NCBI GenBank assembly: GCA_963931495.1
Contig: OZ007020.1
Span: 330,001 to 362,000, forward strand
DNA: 32,000 nt
Direction of reading: 5' to 3'
From: an uncultured Alphaproteobacteria bacterium
GTDB taxonomy: Bacteria > Pseudomonadota > Alphaproteobacteria > Rs-D84
Below are positions 24,818 through 32,000 of this stretch, one piece after another (positions within the stretch are counted from its first letter, which is position 1; every line of letters starts with the position of its first letter). The position numbers and the translations under genes were made by a program. The notes under the pieces are model-generated. The model did not search any database. It was not told the DNA's origin and saw only the letters and a list, made by a program, of their open reading frames with translations.

Positions 24818-26242
24818 TTATAGCACTTCTGAATGAAAATGGGCATATATTTTTTTTGCCGCCGCGCGCCCAAGTCCCGGGACGTGCATTAATGCATCCA
24901 AACTGGCATCAGATATGGCGCGCACCGAACCAAAATGGGTCAGCAAGGCGTGTTTTCGCTTTGGGCCAATGTCATCAATTTCATCCAATACAGATGATGT
25001 CATCTTTTTTGCGCGAACCGTGCGATGAAATGTTATTACAAAACGGTGCGCTTCGTCACGTACGGCACGCAATAATAAAAATAGTCTGGAATCTTTTGGC
25101 ATATCGCGATACACGGTGCCATCAGGCATTATAAAATGTTCGTCGCCATCACGAACAACACCCTTGGTTACACCCAGAATTGGTATGTCTGGTGCTGTTT
25201 CGTGTGCAATGTTCCATTGTGCCGGCCCACCATCAACAATTATTAAATCCAGTTTCGGACCACGTGTAATCGCACGCGATACAAATTCATTCATCATGGC
25301 GATATCGTTACCTGCGCGCGCCATATCGCGTAACTTGAAATGACGATATCCAGATTTTATAAAACCATCATGACCAAATGTTATCATTGCGCCCACAGGA
25401 TTTTTTCCAAACAGGTGTGAATTATCAAATACCCCCGCGCATTCAATTTTTATGCCCAGCCATTGTTCCAGATCGTTAACGGCATTTTGCCAATCAAAAT
25501 TCGCGCTATATACACGATTGCGCCGTATACCGCGATTTGATGTTTGTGTTAATGCTGCAATTTTATCGCGGCATTCGGCCGCCGATTCAAAGTCCATTTG
25601 TTCAGAAAATTTTTTCATTTGTTTGGTTAAATCGGCGATTATTGGTTGACTGTCCCCGGTTAAAATCCGGCGTGCCAGTGCCACGTTTTCGTTATAGTTT
25701 GTTTGTGGTAATGTGCATGGTGCACTGCATCGGCCAATTTGGTATAACAGGCATGGACGTGTGCGATTACGCATAAATGTATCAGTGCATGTACGCAGAC
25801 GGCATACCTTTTGAATCGTTTTTATTGTTTCATTTAATGCGGTAACAGATGGGTATGGACCGTATACATCACGACGCTGGGATATTTTTCCGCGGAATTT
25901 TAACAGGCGCGGAAATTCAGAATGCGTCAGGGCAATCATCGGGTACATTTTCCCATCAGTCAGCATTATGTTGTATTTGGGTTTCAGTGTTTTGATAAGT
26001 TTCTGTTCCAGAATTAATGCATCTGATTCAGTTGGGGTGATTTCCCATTCAACGCGCGCAACCAGGCTGCGCATGACCTGTTTATGGGGTTCCAGTTTTG
26101 ATATGTCCATGTATTGATTTAAGCGGTTGGACAGATTTTTTGCCTTGCCCACGTATAACAGGTTATCGCCGGCATCGTACATCTTGTATACGCCGGGTGC
26201 ACGTGGACTGTTTTCAATCAAATCAGAAAATTGAATGTTCAT
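24818..26242 (-). CDS. uvrC: excinuclease ABC subunit C (compact, 474 aa)
   Basis: GIY-YIG domain (PGVYKMYDAGDNLLYVGKAKNLSNRL), Cys block (CRLRTCTD...RPCLLYQIGRCSAPC) and UVR motif (MDFESAAECRDKIAAL). It also has an endonuclease domain (FDNSHLFGKNPVGAMITF) and a C-terminal HhH (VPGLGRAAAKKIYAHF). Start moved to ATG 26242 (MNIQFSD). Confidence 0.85.
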   Translation of the reverse strand: MNIQFSDLIENSPRAPGVYKMYDAGDNLLYVGKAKNLSNRLNQYMDISKLEPHKQVMRSLVARVEWEITPTESDALILEQKLIKTLKPKYNIMLTDGKMYPMIALTHSEFPRLLKFRGKISQRRDVYGPYPSVTALNETIKTIQKVCRLRTCTDTFMRNRTRPCLLYQIGRCSAPCTLPQTNYNENVALARRILTGDSQPIIADLTKQMKKFSEQMDFESAAECRDKIAALTQTSNRGIRRNRVYSANFDWQNAVNDLEQWLGIKIECAGVFDNSHLFGKNPVGAMITFGHDGFIKSGYRHFKLRDMARAGNDIAMMNEFVSRAITRGPKLDLIIVDGGPAQWNIAHETAPDIPILGVTKGVVRDGDEHFIMPDGTVYRDMPKDSRLFLLLRAVRDEAHRFVITFHRTVRAKKMTSSVLDEIDDIGPKRKHALLTHFGSVRAISDASLDALMHVPGLGRAAAKKIYAHFHSEVL

Positions 26243-26259
26243 GCCTTTTATGATAGAAT
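26231..26259 (+). promoter_or_regulatory. candidate strong sigma70 promoter for the pilin-like gene
   Basis: TTGAAT (26231-26236), 17-nt spacer ending in TGA (extended -10), TAGAAT (26254-26259). It lies 35 nt before ATG 26294. The -35 sits inside uvrC codons 3-4 on the opposite strand. Confidence 0.55.
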
Positions 26260-26293
26260 AGAAAATAATAAATAGCAAATAGAGGTCGTAAAA

Positions 26294-26758
26294 ATGAAAC
26301 AAGAATCAGGACGTTCAATGATTGAAATGATGGGTGTGTTGGCCATTATGGGGGTTATTACGGTCGCGGCAATCGCTGGGATAAACAGCGCAATGAATAT
26401 GCAAAAGCGTAATACTGTTAATGATGAGGTCTTGCAAATGGTTGCCCAAGTGCGCCAAACATTCAGCGAATATGACGATTTTTCAAACATAAATAATGCA
26501 ACAATTTTTGGCGCAATTGGCATGTCAAATCAAAATCCATATGGCGGCGCGTATGAAATTTCCGTAAATCCATCAAATTCACGCCAGTTTGTTATATCTA
26601 TCACAGGGTTATCAAAGTCTGATTGTGAATATTTTGTTACCAAGGGATGGGATGGATCGGTCGGATACGAAATGTCTGGACGTACGCAGAGTGGGGCCAG
26701 TGGCGATTGCACCAGTTCGGGGGACCAGAATGTTGTGCAAATAACATATGGCGAATGA
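26294..26758 (+). CDS. type IV pilin / pseudopilin-like protein (154 aa) with atypical class III signal peptide
   Basis: AGAGG SD. The short leader is MKQESG, followed by RSMIEMMGVLAIMGVITVAAIAGI, with Glu at +5 relative to the predicted cleavage after Gly6. The hydrophobic alpha1-N helix is followed by a C-terminal Cys pair (C111, C139) like a pilin D-region disulfide. Confidence 0.65.
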   Translation: MKQESGRSMIEMMGVLAIMGVITVAAIAGINSAMNMQKRNTVNDEVLQMVAQVRQTFSEYDDFSNINNATIFGAIGMSNQNPYGGAYEISVNPSNSRQFVISITGLSKSDCEYFVTKGWDGSVGYEMSGRTQSGASGDCTSSGDQNVVQITYGE

Positions 26759-26776
26759 TATGCTTGTGGGGCGCGT

Positions 26777-27748
26777 ATGGCGGAATTAGTAGAAGTTTCT
26801 AGGACAGAAGATGGAACGCGATTGATGCGCTGGTTTATGCGGCGGTATCCATCATTGCCCCAGCGTGAATTTTATAAACTGTGTCGTGGCGGACAGATTC
26901 GTGTGAATTCATCACGTGCCCGTGGACAAGAGATTTTGTGTGCTGGTGACGTTGTGCGGGTTCCGCCTACGTTGGCCAGTTATGCCCAATCACGTAATAC
27001 AAAAAACGAATCGGGTACGAATTTTTCATTGGCGGATTTAGAAAAACTGCGTCGGTGCATAATCCATGATGACGAAGATATTGTTGTGTTTGACAAGCCT
27101 GCTGGATTGGCGGTCCAGGGCGGAACCGGGATTCGTAAATCTGTGGATAAAATGGCGGCGGCGTTATTTCCGTATGATAAGATTTCATTGGTTCATCGCT
27201 TGGACCGGGAAACCAGTGGTGTTTTGGTCGTCGCAAAAAATCAACGTGCCGCGCAAATTTTGGCAAGCGAATTTCAAAACAAACAGGCGTATAAAGAATA
27301 TTTGGCGCTGTTAAATGGTGATGTACGACCACAACATGGGATAATTGATAATTATTTGGTAAAGGGACAAGTGTTTGACAGTCCAGAACGTATAAATGGT
27401 GGCACCGGCCAGCGGCCCCAGCATGCGGTAACCGAATATGATGTTTTGGCCACAGCCGGGGGCCATCTGTCATGGGTTTTGTTTTCGCCAAAAACAGGGC
27501 GTACACATCAATTACGTCTGCACAGTGCACAATGTTTGCATGCGCCAATCGTTGGGGATATGTTGTATGGGGCAAATAAAAAACTGGATGGGGCGTTACA
27601 GTCGCTGCTGGTAACAAATAACTTGTTTTTATTGGCATATAAGTTAACATTCCAGCACCCGTCCAGCGGAAAAATGATGACATTGCATGCGTCTGTGCCA
27701 GAATTTATGCAGCCTGTGATAACATTTTTAGAATTTCCGTTGCCGTAA
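26777..27748 (+). CDS. RluA-family 23S rRNA pseudouridine synthase (RluC/RluD-like, with N-terminal S4 domain)
   Basis: S4-like N-terminus (RLMRWFMRRYPSLPQREFYKLCRGGQIRVN), catalytic motif HRLDRETSGVLVVAKN, and TGRTHQLRLH. Confidence 0.85.
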   Translation: MAELVEVSRTEDGTRLMRWFMRRYPSLPQREFYKLCRGGQIRVNSSRARGQEILCAGDVVRVPPTLASYAQSRNTKNESGTNFSLADLEKLRRCIIHDDEDIVVFDKPAGLAVQGGTGIRKSVDKMAAALFPYDKISLVHRLDRETSGVLVVAKNQRAAQILASEFQNKQAYKEYLALLNGDVRPQHGIIDNYLVKGQVFDSPERINGGTGQRPQHAVTEYDVLATAGGHLSWVLFSPKTGRTHQLRLHSAQCLHAPIVGDMLYGANKKLDGALQSLLVTNNLFLLAYKLTFQHPSSGKMMTLHASVPEFMQPVITFLEFPLP

Positions 27749-27761
27749 AGTTTGTGAGAAT

Positions 27762-29852
27762 ATGGTTAAAAAAAAGAAAAAAAGAAGTGTTTTTTTAATA
27801 ATGATGCGCGTGTTGGGGCTGTCACTGATGGGGTTGATAGCCGCGGTGGTTATCGCGTTGTTTCATATTGATTTAGAAAGTTTGCGTGGCGATGTATTGG
27901 CGGCGTTGCGTACGTCAACAGGTTTGCCGGTGGAAATTGATGGGCCGGTGTCGTGGAATTTATCACTGCGACCACAAATTGAATTAAACCAAGTGCGGGT
28001 CGCAAATGCAGAATGGGCAAATGCCGATTATGCATTCAGTGCAGAAAAAATTGATGTTACACTGGATTTAATCTCGCTGTTCCGGGATGCACCAACTATT
28101 AAAAATATCAAAGTATATAATGCGGTTGTTAACCTGGAACAAAATGAAAATGGTGAATTTTCTGTGGTGCCAGATATGTCTGATGATAATACTGTAAATA
28201 ACACATCACAGGCATCGGTTGATGCGCCGACAGATTTTCCGTTCGTTGAATTTGGTTTGGGTGGACTGGAAGTTCAGAAACTGGATTTGAATGTTATCGG
28301 TATGAAATATAAACTGGATGCATTTCAAATCAGGTATATTCCGCGCGCGGAAAATCGCGAGTACAGCGGATGGGTTAAATCAAATAACAAAGTTTTTCCT
28401 TTTATTGTTGTATTTTCAAAATACGCCCCAGAACGTAAAGTGTACCCAGTGCGTGTCGCATTTGCCACAGGGGGGGATGCATTAATCGCAAATATCGCCC
28501 TGGAAGGAACCAGCAAGGCCCCGATTGATTTCATTATTCGTGGTGATATTCCAGATGTTTCGGCCATTGGGGCAATACTGAATACCGACTTGTCAAAAGT
28601 ATCAGATATTACCGTGAACATCGCCGGGGGATTTGATTGGAAAAAATTAACGTTGCGTTCGTCGTCAATCGCAATGCGTGGACACAGTTTGAATTTTTCT
28701 GGATATGTTGATTGGTCTGGGGCCAAGCCGCTGATTCAAGCCGATTTAGATTCTGATTACATTAATTTGTTGGAATTGATACCGGGACTGTACGGAAACA
28801 AATGGATTCACCCCAATCGCGAATTGAATGTGTTCAAAGATATTCCACTGTTTGGGCAAGAATTTGCAAAAACGGATATGGATTTGCGTGTACGATTGGA
28901 TAATTTTATTGTTTATCGTGATATGAATCTGCGCGATGTTGATGTGTCATTAAAGGTTAATGGGGGGCGGTTGCGTGCAGATGTTGGGGTGAATATCGCC
29001 GGTGGCGATGTACGGGTCGCAGGTAATGGAAATGTTGACAGCGAAGGTCGTATGTACGTTCGTGTTGGGGGGCGTGGACGTAATATATCTGTGGGACAAT
29101 TGTTGCATGAAATAAATATTGATGATTTTATTTCTGAATTGCCCGTGAACCTGGATATGTATGTTGAAGCCAGTGGTTCAAATTTGTCAGAATGGATGCA
29201 AACAATCAGTGGGCCGGTGCGTGTTTATTCGGCGGCGCCGGGATATGCCCATTCGGCATTGGTGGCAAATATGTATGGCGCGGATTTTTTAACGACTTTG
29301 CGGCACAGTATTCAAGATTTGTTCCGGTCGGAAAAGAAATATAATCAAATAAATATATCTTGTGTGGCGGTTAATACGAAATTACGTGAAGGACTGGTTG
29401 AAACACAAAATGGTGTCGCGGTTGAAACAAATGCAATAAATGTTCTGTTAACAGGTATGCTGAATTTGGGAACGGAAAAAATTCAATTGTCGTTAACAAC
29501 GGTGCCGGTGCGCGGATTAAAATTGTCGTTAACCGGTAATGTGGTGAATTCAATTGAAATTACCGGAAATCTGGCAGAACCGGATATTCAAATCAGTGGG
29601 GCGGCCATGGCGGGCAAGGTCGCGTCAGCCACAGGTATTGGATTGTTGTTGGCGCCATTTACGGGTGGAATCGGGCTGGTCGCTGGAACCGGTGTTGGAT
29701 TATTGGCGGGCGATTTAATTGAAAACTGGTTGGCGGATGATAATCCGTGTCAAACAGCGCTGGACAGTGGCGCCCCGGCACGGCCAGGTGATCCGGATTG
29801 GATGAATATGCCTGTGATGGAATTGGCAAACACTGTTCTGGATAATAATTAA
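27762..29852 (+). CDS. AsmA-family outer-membrane biogenesis protein (696 aa)
   Basis: A Lys-rich N-terminus is followed by a single TM segment, then AsmA-like repetitive beta-rich sequence (LESLRGDVLAALRTSTGLPVEIDGPVSWNLSLRPQIELNQVRVAN). The C-terminal segment is glycine-rich and hydrophobic (GIGLLLAPFTGGIGLVAGTGVGLLAG). Confidence 0.65.
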   Translation: MVKKKKKRSVFLIMMRVLGLSLMGLIAAVVIALFHIDLESLRGDVLAALRTSTGLPVEIDGPVSWNLSLRPQIELNQVRVANAEWANADYAFSAEKIDVTLDLISLFRDAPTIKNIKVYNAVVNLEQNENGEFSVVPDMSDDNTVNNTSQASVDAPTDFPFVEFGLGGLEVQKLDLNVIGMKYKLDAFQIRYIPRAENREYSGWVKSNNKVFPFIVVFSKYAPERKVYPVRVAFATGGDALIANIALEGTSKAPIDFIIRGDIPDVSAIGAILNTDLSKVSDITVNIAGGFDWKKLTLRSSSIAMRGHSLNFSGYVDWSGAKPLIQADLDSDYINLLELIPGLYGNKWIHPNRELNVFKDIPLFGQEFAKTDMDLRVRLDNFIVYRDMNLRDVDVSLKVNGGRLRADVGVNIAGGDVRVAGNGNVDSEGRMYVRVGGRGRNISVGQLLHEINIDDFISELPVNLDMYVEASGSNLSEWMQTISGPVRVYSAAPGYAHSALVANMYGADFLTTLRHSIQDLFRSEKKYNQINISCVAVNTKLREGLVETQNGVAVETNAINVLLTGMLNLGTEKIQLSLTTVPVRGLKLSLTGNVVNSIEITGNLAEPDIQISGAAMAGKVASATGIGLLLAPFTGGIGLVAGTGVGLLAGDLIENWLADDNPCQTALDSGAPARPGDPDWMNMPVMELANTVLDNN

Positions 29853-29971
29853 ACTAATTCTTTTTTGTCTGGGACATATGGGGGCTGTTTTGCCCTTGCA
29901 CCGAATCGGCATTTTTTGATAAACTGATTCACAGGATGTAGGCGTACATTTAATTTAACAGGAGTATATAA

Positions 29972-31090
29972 ATGGAATTTTCAGTATTTCGTCAGGTTTT
30001 AATACGTGCGCTGGGGCATATGCAATCTATTGTGGAAAAACGGGCAACATTGCCGATATTGATGAACGTAAAAATTGATGTCACAGATGATTTGGTTTTG
30101 TCGGCAACAAATGTTGATTTAGAATTGGTTGAACATGTCGCGGCGGATATTACACTGGGTGGACGCACGACCGTGCCGGTTCAGATGCTGTATGATATTG
30201 TTCGTAAATTGCCAGATGATGCGGAAATATCGTTCAAGCAATCTGGGGACCAGTTGGTGGTGTCCAGTGGTCGCGCAGTGTTTCATTTGCCGACATTGCC
30301 GGCGGAAAATTTTCCGGCCATGGCGGGCAGTAATTTAACCACCAGATTCCAGATGACAACGGGTGATTTGGCGCACTTGATTAACCAGACGAAGTTTGCA
30401 ATCCCAACAGATGATGTTCGTTATCATCTGGGGGGGATTTATTTCCATATCTCGGACGAAGGCAAGGAAAAAATGTTAACCGCGGTCGCAACAGATGCCC
30501 AGCGTATGGCACTGTGTGCAATTCCGGCCCCGGCGGGCAGTACAGAAATGCCGGCGGTTATTTTGCCGCGCCGCGTGATTGGTGAATTGTCAAAGTTATT
30601 GGAAGATGCAACCGTTGATGATGTTACGGTTGAATTGTCGGATACCAAGGCACGGTTCACAGTTGGGGCAGCGACATTGACCAGCAAGTTGGTTGATGCG
30701 CAATATCCAAACTATCGCGTTGTTATTCCAAAGGGTAATGACAAAATTGCTGTTATGGACAGAAAGCAATTCTTGAATGCGGTTGATTTGGTGTCGGTTG
30801 CCAGTGTTGATAAAACAAAATCAGTTCAGTTGACGTTTTCTATGAACAAGTTGGTTGTTAATGCGTCCAGTCCAGATGCCGGGACCGCGACCCAAGAACT
30901 GGATGTTGAATACAATGGTGATACCGAATTTACGGTTACGTTTAATGTAAAATTCTTGATGGATGTTGCCGGCCAGGTTGAAGGTGAAAAATTCCAAATG
31001 GAAATGCAGGATCCATTATCGCCAACAATCATTAAATCCACAGATAAAAATACAGACGCGTTGTTCATATTGATGCCGATGCGTATGTAA
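29972..31090 (+). CDS. dnaN: DNA polymerase III beta sliding clamp
   Basis: 372 aa with an AGGAG SD. ILMNVKIDVTDDLVLSATNVDLEL, RYHLGGIYFH, DAQYPNYRVVIP and C-terminal LFILMPMRM are typical of DnaN. Confidence 0.95.
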   Translation: MEFSVFRQVLIRALGHMQSIVEKRATLPILMNVKIDVTDDLVLSATNVDLELVEHVAADITLGGRTTVPVQMLYDIVRKLPDDAEISFKQSGDQLVVSSGRAVFHLPTLPAENFPAMAGSNLTTRFQMTTGDLAHLINQTKFAIPTDDVRYHLGGIYFHISDEGKEKMLTAVATDAQRMALCAIPAPAGSTEMPAVILPRRVIGELSKLLEDATVDDVTVELSDTKARFTVGAATLTSKLVDAQYPNYRVVIPKGNDKIAVMDRKQFLNAVDLVSVASVDKTKSVQLTFSMNKLVVNASSPDAGTATQELDVEYNGDTEFTVTFNVKFLMDVAGQVEGEKFQMEMQDPLSPTIIKSTDKNTDALFILMPMRM

Positions 31091-31110
31091 TCTGTTTATT
31101 TGGTATGTTG

Positions 31111-31146
31111 AACAGTTCTGCAAATATATGCGGAACTGTTTTTTTT
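31111..31146 (+). terminator. rho-independent terminator after dnaN
   Basis: AACAGTTC-(14 nt loop)-GAACTGTT followed by a T8 run, 20 nt after the stop. Confidence 0.65.
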
Positions 31147-31214
31147 GTTGGCAAGAATTGCAAACTTGATTTTTTATGATAACATCTGCGCCAGAAACAG
31201 AGAGGTTATTTTTT

Positions 31215-31757
31215 ATGAATATATCAGAAATTATTCCGGGTAAAGAACCACCAAAAAAAATGAATGCGGTCATAGAAGTGCCAGAAAATGGATATGTAAA
31301 ATATGAATTGGACAAGGATACCGGGTTGCCGCGTGTGGACAGAATTTTACATACCCCGATGGCGTATCCGGCCAATTATGGTTACTTTCCAGGCACGTTG
31401 GGTGACGATGGCGACCCACTGGATTGTGTTGTCGTTTGTAATGCGCCATTGAATCCAGGTGTGTTGATTGAAGTGCGGCCAATCGGGGCACTGTTGATGG
31501 AGGATCAATCAGGTGGCGATGAAAAAATTATATGTGTGCCACGTGATAATATTGACCCATATTATACAAATACAGAATATATTGAACAGTTACCGGAAAT
31601 ATTGCGTTCCAAGATTGAATATTTTTTTCATCACTATAAAGATTTGCAACCAAATGCATGGTCCAAGGTCAAGGGCTGGGCCAATCGCGATATGGCAGAT
31701 AAACTGATTATGGAAAGCATTGACCGATATTGGGCGCGCAAGCGTGCCGGGCAATAA
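31215..31757 (+). CDS. ppa: family I inorganic pyrophosphatase
   Basis: Start moved to ATG 31215 (AGAGG SD; MNISEIIPGKEPPKKMNAVIEVP). YELDKDTG...VDRIL...YPANYGYFPGTLGDDGDPLDCVVV is the classic PPase active-site block. Confidence 0.95.
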   Translation: MNISEIIPGKEPPKKMNAVIEVPENGYVKYELDKDTGLPRVDRILHTPMAYPANYGYFPGTLGDDGDPLDCVVVCNAPLNPGVLIEVRPIGALLMEDQSGGDEKIICVPRDNIDPYYTNTEYIEQLPEILRSKIEYFFHHYKDLQPNAWSKVKGWANRDMADKLIMESIDRYWARKRAGQ

Positions 31758-31820
31758 ATGCTTGCCAGGGATGGATTGTGATTTTATAATAACTGCGCAA
31801 AAAACAAAGGGGTATTAATT

Positions 31821-32000
31821 ATGGCATCATATATTGCAAATGATATGCGTGTGGGTTGGGTGATTTCGCACAACGGGAAAAGATATTCTGTTATGTCAAT
31901 AACCAAGGTAAAACCCGGCAAGGGTGGCGCATTTGTCCAGGCGGATTTGCGCGATATTGATTCCGGAAACAAGGATAATAATCGTTGGCGCGCCGAAGAC
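31821..32000 (+). CDS. efp: elongation factor P (N-terminal 60 codons; continues past the window)
   Basis: My own translation from ATG 31821 is MASYIANDMRVGWVISHNGKRYSVMSITKVKPGKGGAFVQADLRDIDSGNKDNNRWRAED. It contains the EF-P KPGKG loop. It is not in the ORF track because it is open at the edge. Confidence 0.9.
   Translation, partial: MASYIANDMRVGWVISHNGKRYSVMSITKVKPGKGGAFVQADLRDIDSGNKDNNRWRAED

Noticed and set aside
26967-27683. A 238-aa antisense ORF inside the pseudouridine synthase gene; its length made me look twice for an overlapping gene.
   Set aside because: The sense strand carries unmistakable RluA-family motifs (HRLDRETSG, TGRTHQLR). The antisense product is Pro/His-rich with no start context. 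No independent evidence supports it.
27768-27783. Homopolymer runs that might give slipped-strand phase variation: A8 and A7 at the AsmA-like start, T8/A8 at 20784-20791 in the 135-aa ORF, and A8 at 31253-31260 in ppa.
   Set aside because: The tracts are short (8 nt or less), encode Lys runs in an AT-biased genome, and one lies in essential ppa. This is not convincing as contingency loci.
1-32000. The heptamer GATTCGG/CCGAATC recurs about 14 times by eye (for example 302, 11280, 13146, 16104, 16298, 16305, 16366, 17018, 21167, 23335; reverse at 407, 22283, 29908), with 5 copies around dprA. I considered a DNA uptake sequence.
   Set aside because: The flanks share no extended consensus. Occurrences fall in several reading frames consistent with favoured GAT-TCG and ATT-CGG codon pairs. 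I did not count other heptamers, so enrichment is unproven and needs a proper k-mer analysis.
1-32000. I scanned for CRISPR arrays, tandem repeats, IS elements, prophage or known defense-system genes (nucleases, reverse transcriptases, STAND or SIR2/TIR-like proteins).
   Set aside because: I saw no spaced direct repeats or inverted terminal repeats. None of the unknown ORFs shows motifs of these families.

Overview
This is a gene-dense stretch of a diderm bacterial chromosome made mostly of housekeeping genes. All homology calls are from reading the translations by eye; no searches were run. ParE and DnaA sequence features look alphaproteobacterial, but this is unverified.

Gene order:
- Minus strand, 1-6021: miaB (partial), a 65-aa ORF, gatB, a plus-strand tRNA-Phe, gatA, two unknown ORFs, gatC.
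- 6063-11186: ruvX (plus), then a minus-strand run of AI-2E transporter, unknown 305-aa membrane protein, sufC, sufB and an unknown 181-aa anchored protein.
- 11345-20340: TcpQ/PilL-like periplasmic protein plus PilN/TcpC-type lipoprotein secretin, rpsT, plsY, an exported protein, dprA, dnaA, a Cys-rich exported protein.
- 20387-32000: unknown 135-aa ORF, parE, dnaJ, pgsA, uvrC, a type IV pilin-like gene, an RluA-family pseudouridine synthase, an AsmA-like protein, dnaN, ppa, and the start of efp.

I saw no CRISPR array, transposase, integrase, phage gene or recognisable defense gene.

Most interesting observations:
1. A self-contained two-gene outer-membrane secretin module (11273-13993) sits among housekeeping genes. 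No pilus ATPase, platform protein or peptidase is present in the window.
2. A solitary, strongly promoted pilin-like gene with an atypical G/RSMIE processing site lies 12 kb away (26294-26758), and dprA lies between them. This suggests a dispersed or non-canonical pilus or DNA-uptake apparatus.
3. Two AT-richer unknown genes are inserted, translationally packed, between gatC and gatA (4678-5710).
4. tRNA-Phe is encoded antisense in the gatA-gatB gap.
5. The suf locus contains only sufB and sufC and is embedded between unknown membrane-protein genes.
6. Two exported proteins with glycine-zipper segments, each with its own promoter and terminator, bracket dprA-dnaA.
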